DNA from: an uncultured Gammaproteobacteria bacterium
Lineage (GTDB): Bacteria > Patescibacteriota > Patescibacteriia > UBA9934 > GWF2-40-263
Assembly (NCBI GenBank): GCA_964373615.1
Contig: CAYJVP010000001.1
Span: 1-27,914, forward strand
DNA length: 27,914 nucleotides
Direction of reading: 5' to 3'
Shown: one piece after another, positions 17,532 through 25,531 of the stretch
Layout: each line of letters begins with the position of its first letter
Numbering within the stretch: position 1 is the stretch's first letter
The notes under the pieces: model-generated
What the model saw: only the letters and a program-made list of their open reading frames with translations
Database searches by the model: none
Told to the model about the DNA's origin: nothing
Translations under genes and position numbers: made by a program

Positions 17532-18062
17532 TTAAAGATAACCTCCTTGAGGTTCGGGAAGCTTCTTGTATGCTTCTTTAGATTCAACGATAGAACGGAT
17601 GTACGCGGTGAAGGTATCGAGCGCAGCATTTTCTGATGAATTGCTGACAGGTTTTTCGCAATCCCACATAAGACGCTTCTGAACGCCTCCTGACTCAACA
17701 TACAGATCATAATTCGAACATGGGTGAACGAGAGTAAAAGTATCGCCCTGATATGCTTCCTGTTCTTTAAAGAGATTCAACTCGTCGATCTTTTGACGGA
17801 CCCCTTCCAGCTCTGCGCTCGTCAACTCTAATGGAATGGTGATGGGGTCATCAACGATCATGTCTTTTGTGAATGTTCCATCGAACGTATTTAATTCATT
17901 TCTCGCCCCGACTCCATATTTAAAAATGAGGTTGAAGGATATGGAGATGGATTGTTCCGCATCTGGTGATTGAGTTTTCTGGCGTCCTTGAGTGTAGGTG
18001 ACTACCCCGATCATACCTGAGAGCAAAATCGCCAAGAGAGCCAATTTGATTGTTAAATTCAT
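17532..18062 (-). CDS. Hypothetical exported or membrane-anchored protein
   Basis: 176 aa, N-terminal hydrophobic helix, FKYGVGARNELNTFDGTFTKDM block, Cys pair (HPC...WDC); lower GC than its flanks. Confidence 0.75.
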   Translation of the reverse strand: MNLTIKLALLAILLSGMIGVVTYTQGRQKTQSPDAEQSISISFNLIFKYGVGARNELNTFDGTFTKDMIVDDPITIPLELTSAELEGVRQKIDELNLFKEQEAYQGDTFTLVHPCSNYDLYVESGGVQKRLMWDCEKPVSNSSENAALDTFTAYIRSIVESKEAYKKLPEPQGGYL

Positions 18063-18170
18063 ACCGATAGTGGATTTGGGGTCAGGTCTGGATACTGGAA
18101 TTACTCTGTACGCGGGTGATTTTTCCTACCGTTGAACGATCTATTTTGAGGAACCCGGCAATCCCCGTCG

Positions 18171-18749
18171 TCAGATCCGCGCGTAAGACGCGGTCGGAAG
18201 CCAGAACCGCGCGGCGTGATCGCTCGAAACATGCAGGGCGGTTTGGAACGTCGGATGAACGCGCACAACGACACGAGGAAGCACAAAGGCGGCCTCTCCA
18301 AGAATGTCGAGGTCGAGCAAGCTTCCTTGACGAAGACCCTGTTGAGCCGCCGCCCGGTCTGAAAGATGCAGGTGCGGGAGGGGAATGATGGTCCCTCGTT
18401 TCAAAACAACTTCCCCGTTTGGTCCAATGAGCCGACAGCCTTCTGATCCATGATGATCGCCGGAAACGCGCTCCGGCGCCTCCACGCCGATCGCCAGAGC
18501 ATCCGTGGTAGACAATTCCACCTGCGTGTCCTTCCGGCACGGACCAAACACAAAAACTTCGTCGATCGCCCCTTCGGGTCCAACGACACGCACGGTCTCT
18601 TGAAGAACAACCTGGCCACGCTGCGACAGAGCGGCGCGCACGTGTACTTCCGCTCCTTTTCCAAACAGCGCCCGCCAATGGGTCGGCGAAAGATGGACGT
18701 GGCGAGGCACAACCTCGATCGGAATGGCGAGTGATTTATGAGACGACAT
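18171..18749 (-). CDS. pduL: PduL-family phosphate acyltransferase-like protein (divergent)
   Basis: RHVHLS, LSQRGQ, VVGPEG, RKDTQVELSTTDA, SGD, GPNGEV, HLH, VVRV, LHV; the duplicated-domain layout of PduL. Confidence 0.8.
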   Translation of the reverse strand: MSSHKSLAIPIEVVPRHVHLSPTHWRALFGKGAEVHVRAALSQRGQVVLQETVRVVGPEGAIDEVFVFGPCRKDTQVELSTTDALAIGVEAPERVSGDHHGSEGCRLIGPNGEVVLKRGTIIPLPHLHLSDRAAAQQGLRQGSLLDLDILGEAAFVLPRVVVRVHPTFQTALHVSSDHAARFWLPTASYARI

Positions 18750-19452
18750 TTTTCTTTTTGTATCCGAATTCGTAGCGGAATCCGTTGTGACGCACAGGGC
18801 CGAGCGTCATAAGGTGGAGCTCGCCCAATGTGTATTTAATGGCGATGTTCAGTCGACCGTCGCGCTCGAAGCGGCGAGTTGAAACATGGATGGACGTTGC
18901 GTTGAGATAGCCGAATGATCCATGCGCACGACAACGTTCCGCGTAGTCATGGTCCTCGCAGAACACAACGGTCTCGTCGAATCCTTTCATGCGTCCGTGG
19001 AGGGTCCGTCGCGCAAAAATGCAAAATCCTGGCGCGTGGGCATGAAACCATTCACAGAGACGGGAGTACTGATTGTAAAAACGGTGGAAGACGTGATCAA
19101 TTTTTTTTTCAGAAATCGGAATAACATTGCAGGTGGCAAAATCAAGTTGACGAGACGCAATTTCTTTAAGCGCATGCTCAATAAAGTGCGTGTCCAAAAG
19201 CTGTACATCCGCGTCCAAAAAAAGAATGTACGTGCCACGCGCGGCTTCTGCTCCACGATTACGTCCCGGCCCTGGCATGCCACCATCGACCACTCGGCAG
19301 CCGTATCGCTCAGCAATGGCACGAGTTTGATCGTTTGAGGAAGCATCCGCAACGATAATTTCGAGCGGCTGTACGGTTTGGCGCCGAATCGAGCGCAAAA
19401 GAATAGGGAGATATTCTTCCTCATTTTTTGTGGGGATCACGATGGAAAGCAT
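18736..19452 (-). CDS. Glycosyltransferase family 2
   Basis: LSIVIPTKNEE, IIVADASSND, GRNRGA, LFLDAD (DxD), CED. Confidence 0.92.
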   Translation of the reverse strand: MLSIVIPTKNEEEYLPILLRSIRRQTVQPLEIIVADASSNDQTRAIAERYGCRVVDGGMPGPGRNRGAEAARGTYILFLDADVQLLDTHFIEHALKEIASRQLDFATCNVIPISEKKIDHVFHRFYNQYSRLCEWFHAHAPGFCIFARRTLHGRMKGFDETVVFCEDHDYAERCRAHGSFGYLNATSIHVSTRRFERDGRLNIAIKYTLGELHLMTLGPVRHNGFRYEFGYKKKNVVS

Positions 19453-19462
19453 ATCGATGTAA

Positions 19463-19493
19463 AGTATAACATGATTCGAATTTCGTGTAGAAT
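19463..19493. promoter_or_regulatory. Back-to-back divergent -10 elements for GT2 (minus) and the RlmD-family gene (plus)
   Basis: Minus strand TG-T-TATACT (19463-19471), 10 nt from the GT2 ATG; plus strand TAGAAT (19488-19493), 9 nt from ATG 19503. Confidence 0.6.
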
Positions 19494-19502
19494 ACTTCTG
19501 CT

Positions 19503-20831
19503 ATGGGCAGCAGACTTAATCAGCAATTTGAGGCGGAGGTCACACGCATTGCGGATGATGGAAGCGGCGTCATGGAGCCCTCATCAAAGCCAATTTTTGT
19601 GGCAAACACCATACCGGGTGAAATCGTGACCGCGACCACGGTCTGCAGGGTCAGGGACGGTATTCAAGCAAAATTAGACCGCGTCGTCAAGCCATCGCCT
19701 CATCGAATAACGCCGATGTGCCCATATGCCGGCGCCTGCGGCGGCTGCAAGTGGCAACATATGGAATACCCACACCAGCTCGCCCTCAAACTTTCCTTGA
19801 TTCGACAAACATTCGCGGAACAGGAGCTCGCCTGTCCCGTCGAAACGATTGAACCTTGTCCAGAGCCTTTCTACTACCGCAATCGAATGGATTATGTTTT
19901 CGGGTCGGATGGAAGCCTCGGACTCAAAGAACCTGGGAGGTGGTGGTCCGTTCTTGATCTCTCCACGTGTTTCCTTCTCTCGAAGGAGGGGGTGGAGATT
20001 CTGCGTCGCGTGCGTGAGTGGTCGCGCCGAAGCGAGCTTCCGTTTTGGCATGCACGGACTCATGAGGGCTTTTTGCGCTATCTTGTTATTCGCGAGGGGA
20101 AACATACAGGGGAAAGACTTGTCATGCTCGTTACTCATCGTCCCTCAAACGAAATGGCGGGGAGCAGAATGCGCGAACTTCCGGACCTCTTGAAGGGACT
20201 CGCGACCTCGATCGTGTGGGGCATCAATCCACGCATCACGGACCTCTCCATGGCCGATGAACTCGTGTCGCTTTTTGGCGATCCTTGGCTTGAAGAAGTC
20301 GTCAATGGTCTGCGATATCGAATTCATCCAAACAGTTTTTTCCAAACAAATACGATCATGGCGGCCATGCTTCAGCAGTACGTGAAGGATCTTTGCGAGC
20401 CTCTGAAGGAAAAAAATATTCTTGATCTGTACTGCGGTGGCGGTTTTTTCACTCTTGCCCTGTCTGGTGCGCGACAATTGACCGGCATCGAGCTTGACCC
20501 TCTTGCTATTGAAAACGCCAAATTGAACGCCCGTCGAAACGGCATCCAGGCGACCTTTCTCGCCACAAAAGCAGAGGAGTATGACTGGATAAAAACGTGC
20601 CCGCAGGTCGTGATCGTCGATCCACCGCGCTCCGGGCTTCACCCGAATGTTATCAAAACACTCCGAAGCGTGCTTCCGGCACAGCTCATCTATGTGTCGT
20701 GCAACCATCGTCGCCTTGTTTCGGAGCTGCCGTTTTTTCTCGATCGGTATCGCGTGAAGGAGGCCAAGGCCTTTGACCTCTTTCCGCATACGCCTCATGT
20801 TGAAGTGGTCGTCAGTTTACAGCGCGTATGA
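19503..20831 (+). CDS. rlmD: 23S rRNA m5U methyltransferase, RlmD/RlmCD (TrmA) family
   Basis: TRAM-like N-terminus, Fe-S motif CPYAGACGGC, SFFQTN, DLYCGGG, DPPRSG, catalytic YVSC, DLFPHTPHVE. Confidence 0.9.
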   Translation: MGSRLNQQFEAEVTRIADDGSGVMEPSSKPIFVANTIPGEIVTATTVCRVRDGIQAKLDRVVKPSPHRITPMCPYAGACGGCKWQHMEYPHQLALKLSLIRQTFAEQELACPVETIEPCPEPFYYRNRMDYVFGSDGSLGLKEPGRWWSVLDLSTCFLLSKEGVEILRRVREWSRRSELPFWHARTHEGFLRYLVIREGKHTGERLVMLVTHRPSNEMAGSRMRELPDLLKGLATSIVWGINPRITDLSMADELVSLFGDPWLEEVVNGLRYRIHPNSFFQTNTIMAAMLQQYVKDLCEPLKEKNILDLYCGGGFFTLALSGARQLTGIELDPLAIENAKLNARRNGIQATFLATKAEEYDWIKTCPQVVIVDPPRSGLHPNVIKTLRSVLPAQLIYVSCNHRRLVSELPFFLDRYRVKEAKAFDLFPHTPHVEVVVSLQRV

Positions 20832-20846
20832 TAGGGTTTCTCCGTT

Positions 20847-21713
20847 ATGCATGAAAACAAAAAAACAAAAGCAGGTTTTGCCGTGCTCGTCGGCCGAAGC
20901 AACGTCGGGAAATCCACGCTCTTAAACGCGCTCGTCGGGAGCAAGATCGCCATCACCTCACCAAAAGCGCAAACCACGCGCAAACCTGTTCACGGAATTC
21001 TCACGGACGAACAGGGCCAGATCGTATTCGTCGACACGCCAGGCGTGTTTAAAGATGCGCGCGATCACCTCTCAAAGCGTCTTCTCGCGTACATCAAAGA
21101 GGCGGTGCGGGACATCGATGTCATCGTCTACGTTGTGGATCCAACACGGGCTATCGGAACAGAAGAAAAATTTGCCCTGAGTCTTATCGATGTGCTCGCC
21201 CAGCCAAAAATTCTCGTGATCAACAAAATCGACGTGCGCGACGCGCCCTACCTCGAGGATTTCCGCGCCCTGGCGGATCGTTTTCAGGAGGTCGTGGAAC
21301 TCTCTGCAAAGAACGGCACGCATGTTGGGACGTTGAAACAACTCATCTTCAAGTATCTGCCGGAATCCGAATTACTCTATCCGGCGGGACAGCTCTCAAA
21401 CATGGCAAACGAAGAGTGGATCGCGGAACTCATTCGAGAAAAATTGTTCCTCCGTTTGCGTCAGGAAGTTCCTTACAGCTTGCACGTTGTGGTTGATGAC
21501 ATGGACCGCCGCGAAAACGGGGTGCTCTACATCGCCGCGCGAATTCTAACCTCTTCCGAGCGCTACAAACGCATGGTGATCGGCGCCGGCGGGCGGGGCA
21601 TCAAAGAAATCGGACAGTCCTCACGACGCGAACTCGAGGCTGTCATGAACACGCCGATTTATCTTGACCTCACCGTTGACGTGGATCCACATTGGGCGGA
21701 GGAACTCCGTTAA
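20847..21713 (+). CDS. era: GTPase Era
   Basis: GRSNVGKS, TTR, DTPG, NKID, SAK; KH domain EVPYS...VIGAGGRGIKEIG. Confidence 0.97.
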   Translation: MHENKKTKAGFAVLVGRSNVGKSTLLNALVGSKIAITSPKAQTTRKPVHGILTDEQGQIVFVDTPGVFKDARDHLSKRLLAYIKEAVRDIDVIVYVVDPTRAIGTEEKFALSLIDVLAQPKILVINKIDVRDAPYLEDFRALADRFQEVVELSAKNGTHVGTLKQLIFKYLPESELLYPAGQLSNMANEEWIAELIREKLFLRLRQEVPYSLHVVVDDMDRRENGVLYIAARILTSSERYKRMVIGAGGRGIKEIGQSSRRELEAVMNTPIYLDLTVDVDPHWAEELR

Positions 21714-21973
21714 GCCGTTTTTCCCTCTGCCCAAGATTTCAACGCTTCGTATTCCGTCGCTCCACAGATGAACTCTCCGGAGTCGGTGTTATAGAAAAAC
21801 GGAACGCCGCCGCACAACCCCTTGTCGTACTCCTTTTGCTTCTTCGCATGTTCCGGATGGTGCCAGGTCTCAAACTGTTGGACATCAAATCCTTCCTTTT
21901 TTAATTTTTCGACAAGCGGAGCCATGCGTTCGCAATGCGGACATTCCTGTCCGTAAAACTCGAGAAGGGCCAT
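21710..21973 (-). CDS. Small thioredoxin/glutaredoxin-like protein
   Basis: 87 aa, ECPHC active site, GVPFF cis-Pro loop, extra Cys pair. Confidence 0.85.
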   Translation of the reverse strand: MALLEFYGQECPHCERMAPLVEKLKKEGFDVQQFETWHHPEHAKKQKEYDKGLCGGVPFFYNTDSGEFICGATEYEALKSWAEGKTA

Positions 21974-22010
21974 AGTGACAAGGTTACTTGTTTACAGGTA
22001 TAATACGCGC

Positions 22011-22655
22011 ATGAACCGTCTGTTGGCAACGTTGATATTCCTGGCCGTCGCCTCACTTCTTGTTGGCGCGCGATTCGGATTTGTGTGGGCAGGCGGTGAG
22101 GGCGTTGTTGCCTCCTTTGAGGCGATCGTCGTTGCGGTTGAAGGAAGCGTCTTTGTCGATCGAGCGGGTGAGGTAAGGTCCGCTGTTCTTGGCCAGTCAT
22201 TGAAACGTGGCGAACGACTTCAAACAGAGAGCGAGAGTCGCGTGGTGGTGCGGGTTGGTAAAGATGCCTATCTTGCCCTTGACGAACGAAGCGCACTCAC
22301 GTTAGACCGTCTGGAGCCGTCTCAAATCTCTGTTTCCATCGGCGTCGGACGCTTGCTCGGTATTGCCGGCACAGAAGCGGAGAGGCTCCGCGTAACCACG
22401 AATCATACGAACGCTTGGATCCTAGAGGAAGCTCTTTCGGTTGTCAATTATGATTTTCTTGAAACTATTTCGGTTGTTCCCTTCAACACAGCGGTGAGCG
22501 TTTTGGTGGAGCCGGACCAAGCATTTGTGACATCACGGGCGACAAACATTCACGAGACCGAGCCGATCCAAACCACGGACGCGGCGTTCAACCCTTCCGC
22601 GATTCCCTTCTACGCCTGGGCCGAACGACAAACCGGATACGACCTTAGTCAATAA
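22011..22655 (+). CDS. Membrane-anchored FecR-like domain protein
   Basis: N-terminal TM; VEGSV...GERLQT...LALDERS FecR-like beta pattern. Start moved to ATG 22011, 6 nt after TATAAT. Confidence 0.6.
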   Translation: MNRLLATLIFLAVASLLVGARFGFVWAGGEGVVASFEAIVVAVEGSVFVDRAGEVRSAVLGQSLKRGERLQTESESRVVVRVGKDAYLALDERSALTLDRLEPSQISVSIGVGRLLGIAGTEAERLRVTTNHTNAWILEEALSVVNYDFLETISVVPFNTAVSVLVEPDQAFVTSRATNIHETEPIQTTDAAFNPSAIPFYAWAERQTGYDLSQ

Positions 22656-23688
22656 TTGCGCCGCCGATCATTTCCTCTCCATCATAAAATACAATGGATT
22701 GACCTGGAGTCACCGCACGTTGCGGCTCATCAAATTCGACAGAGATGTCCGCGTCGTCGATTTTTGTCATCGTGCAGGACGCGAGTGGCTGACGATATCG
22801 GATGCGTGCCTGACATCGTGTGCCAGCCACAGGCTCTCGAAACCAGTTGGATTGGCTTCCGGAAAGAATTTTTTGATAGAGCGCCTGATCGTAATTGCTG
22901 GAAACGACAAGCTGGTTTGTGACTGGACGTTTTTCCACGAGGTAGTACGGCGTACCGCCACCGAAGGAGAGACCTTCGCGCTGCCCAACCGTGTAAAACG
23001 CCATGCCCTCGTGGCGGCCGACCACCTCGCCGGACGTTGTGACGACCTCGCCGGGATGTGGAGTGATTCGACTTTTTAGAAATTCCTGAATGTCGACCTC
23101 GCCCACAAAACAGATCCCAACGCTGTCTTTTTTGTCCGCGACCGGAAGCCTGAGCTCTCGCGCTTTTCTCCGAACCTCTGGTTTTGTCATGTGACCCACG
23201 GGAAACAACACACGTGGGAGGACCTCGGGTTTGATCGCCCAGAGAAAATACGTCTGATCTTTATTTTGATCGGTGCCAACAAGAATCCGACCCTCATCCA
23301 TACGGGCGTAATGTCCGGTTGCGATGAAATCACACCCGAGCTTGTCAGCCTGCTTCAAAAAAAGATCAAACTTTACCAGTTTGTTACACATGACATCCGG
23401 ATTCGGCGTACGTCCGATTTCGTACTCGGCGAAAAGATACTCGATGACCTTGTCGCGATACTCCTGTTCGAAATCAAAGGTCAGAAATGGAATCCCAAGT
23501 TGCGCCGCAACGCGCATGGCGTCGCGTCGGTCCGCTCGCCACTCGCAGTTCGACCAATTTTTCATGAACCCGCCGATCACCTCATATCCAGCCTCCAATA
23601 ACAATGCTGCGGAAACGGACGAATCCACCCCGCCGGACATACCCACAAGCACTTTTTGTTTAGAGATGTTCCCGTTTTGCGGCTTCAT
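22645..23688 (-). CDS. mnmA: tRNA-specific 2-thiouridylase MnmA
   Basis: GMSGGVDS, NPDVMCN, ATGHYA, KDQTYFL, DSVGICF, TVGQR, RIRYRQ, AVTPGQ. Start taken as ATG 23688 (ATG 23697 possible). Confidence 0.97.
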   Translation of the reverse strand: MKPQNGNISKQKVLVGMSGGVDSSVSAALLLEAGYEVIGGFMKNWSNCEWRADRRDAMRVAAQLGIPFLTFDFEQEYRDKVIEYLFAEYEIGRTPNPDVMCNKLVKFDLFLKQADKLGCDFIATGHYARMDEGRILVGTDQNKDQTYFLWAIKPEVLPRVLFPVGHMTKPEVRRKARELRLPVADKKDSVGICFVGEVDIQEFLKSRITPHPGEVVTTSGEVVGRHEGMAFYTVGQREGLSFGGGTPYYLVEKRPVTNQLVVSSNYDQALYQKILSGSQSNWFREPVAGTRCQARIRYRQPLASCTMTKIDDADISVEFDEPQRAVTPGQSIVFYDGEEMIGGAIID

Positions 23689-25063
23689 AAAACGCATCCG
23701 CGTCTTCACGATACACAAAAAAATCCGTGAACTGCAGCTTCTCATTATACTTTTGCAGCAAGTCAGAATACTGAAAGATCGGAATGTAGTCAACCGCACA
23801 CACATTCTTTTTGGCAACGTAGATCATCGCTGATGCGGCAGAACCCTCACCAAGGTGCGTGAGTTCCTTTTCTGAAGCATGGGTGAAATAACGGATCTTG
23901 CAACGATCGCAAAACGCGCAGAGCTCCTCAAGCCGTTGACGGTCTGCAGATCGCGCTGTGTGTAGTCGAAGAATGCGCTTTGCTGGAATCCGACGCATGA
24001 GATGGTGAGACCAGTAATTTTTTTCCTCTTTCGACGCCGCAAACAACATCTCGATCACCTTTCCATCTCGAAGTTCCGTATAGGCAAACGGATCGGTCGG
24101 AATCACGAGGGGAACTTCATGCGTTCGAATGGCCTCCTCAAGATAATGGGCAAACCCTGTTTTGGTTTTGTGAAAATACACCTGATCGATCATGTGATAG
24201 CGAGCAAGCAGGAGATCCTCGAAGGCGCGCACGCCGTTTTCAGAAATTGTAAACACGAGAGGACGTTGCCCTTCGACAAGCTCAGGACCTTCAGCCACCC
24301 CCATGCTTGAGATCAGCCAATCCAGATCGTATTGTCCATAGGCAACCCCGCAGTAGTAACTATCGCGCAACAGATAATCCATGCGATCACAATCAACCTC
24401 GCCTGAAACAAGCGCTTTCAAGATTTTCTGAAGCGTGGGCGCCTTTTTTTCAATGGCGGCGAAGGCGGCAGATGGTTTTACCCCCTCGTGCACGAGAGAG
24501 GCGACATCCTGGGCAAAATCGCGATCGAGCACCCCTTGTTCGGCGAGCGACTGGATGAGAAGAACGCTGTAATCTTCGTGCTTGGCCTGACGCGTGTCGT
24601 TCCCTCCCCTGCCTGAGGGGAGGTTAGCCCGCCCGAACGACCGACGTTCGGTCGGGCGGGGAGGGGTGGGAGTTTCGCGCCACCACTCCCACTTGAGCGG
24701 CAAGCTCGACAGAGGAGGAAACACAACCTCGGACGCATGCGAAAAGGGGCCGTGCCCGATATCGTGAAGAAGACCGGCAAGGCGAAGGCGGCGGCGAAGC
24801 GATTCGATCTCTTCGCCTGTGAGACGGCTCACAAGAACGTCCGAGCTTGCAATAAATCTTCCGAACAATCGCCCCGCCACATGCATGGCGCCGAGCCCAT
24901 GCGTAAAACGGTCGTGCATCCCACCTGGATACACATACGTTTGCAGGAACGAGAGCTGGGCGATAAATCTCAAACGCTGAAAAAACGTGTGGTCAATGAC
25001 CGTCCGCTCAAATTCATCAAAGGGGATGCGTTTGTGAATGGGATCGCGGAGTTCGTATTCCAT
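23660..25063 (-). CDS. HD-domain metal-dependent phosphohydrolase (SAMHD1-like dNTPase family) with apparent repeat-derived insertions
   Basis: RDPIH, FQRLRFIAQL, HDRFTHGLG, LLHDIGHGPFSH, HE, DCDRMDYLLRD, VYFHK. Start moved to ATG 25063. Confidence 0.92.
   Translation of the reverse strand: MEYELRDPIHKRIPFDEFERTVIDHTFFQRLRFIAQLSFLQTYVYPGGMHDRFTHGLGAMHVAGRLFGRFIASSDVLVSRLTGEEIESLRRRLRLAGLLHDIGHGPFSHASEVVFPPLSSLPLKWEWWRETPTPPRPTERRSFGRANLPSGRGGNDTRQAKHEDYSVLLIQSLAEQGVLDRDFAQDVASLVHEGVKPSAAFAAIEKKAPTLQKILKALVSGEVDCDRMDYLLRDSYYCGVAYGQYDLDWLISSMGVAEGPELVEGQRPLVFTISENGVRAFEDLLLARYHMIDQVYFHKTKTGFAHYLEEAIRTHEVPLVIPTDPFAYTELRDGKVIEMLFAASKEEKNYWSHHLMRRIPAKRILRLHTARSADRQRLEELCAFCDRCKIRYFTHASEKELTHLGEGSAASAMIYVAKKNVCAVDYIPIFQYSDLLQKYNEKLQFTDFFVYREDADAFYEAAKREHL
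24269..24289. repeat. cccttcgacaagctcagg-type repeat arm inside the HD gene (encodes GPELVEG)
   Basis: Shares cccttcgac...gctcagg with the intergenic copy at 123-152. Confidence 0.7.
24601..24669. repeat. Composite palindromic repeat inside the HD gene
   Basis: Hairpin cctcccct 24603-24610 / aggggagg 24616-24623, plus a 33-bp element cccgcccga...tcgggcggg at 24628-24660 whose 9-nt left arm is identical to window positions 1-9. Confidence 0.85.
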
Positions 25064-25070
25064 ACGTCCT

Positions 25071-25526
25071 TCACCGTAAAAAAATTTTCGAGTGAGCCAA
25101 CGTCGCGCTGATCGCAACAATGACGAGGCTTCCGATGATGTCCTCGATGTGATGCACCCCGGCCATCACGCGCGAGAGGCCGATGGCGAATGCGACGACG
25201 GCAAACGCGATGCCGATGCGACGGTCGAGGACGAAGATGACAGCGGCCAGCCACGCCGCAAGCAACGTGTGATCCGAAGGGAAACCGTTGTCCGCCGCAT
25301 GCGCCACCAGAGGCGTGAAGCGCTCTTCGACAAACGGTCGCGGATTATCGAAGATGGCGCTTGAGATCCGGGCGAACACAAAGGCGATGACGCCGCTGGC
25401 CAATGCGTAGCGCAGAATCGGAAATTTGGTTTTCCGAAAATACCAGACGACGATCGCTGCCGCAAGGATCTGCACATACACGAGATAGGTCGCGCCGAAA
25501 ACGACAAGAGCCTCAGAAAAAGACAT
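25071..25526 (-). CDS. PAP2-family phosphatase (BcrC-like undecaprenyl-diphosphatase)
   Basis: NPRPF, FPSDHT, SRVMAGVHHIED, TM helices. Start moved to ATG 25526. Confidence 0.9.
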   Translation of the reverse strand: MSFSEALVVFGATYLVYVQILAAAIVVWYFRKTKFPILRYALASGVIAFVFARISSAIFDNPRPFVEERFTPLVAHAADNGFPSDHTLLAAWLAAVIFVLDRRIGIAFAVVAFAIGLSRVMAGVHHIEDIIGSLVIVAISATLAHSKIFLR

Positions 25527-25531
25527 AAACG

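Noticed and set aside
18171-18749. Bacterial microcompartment or propanediol utilisation locus
   Set aside because: No shell proteins, signature enzyme or aldehyde dehydrogenase in the window.
23660-25063. HD protein as an anti-phage dNTP-depletion system
   Set aside because: It is embedded in a housekeeping run with PAP2 and mnmA, its composition matches the flanks, and no defence or mobile genes are nearby. A defence role is not excluded but is unsupported.
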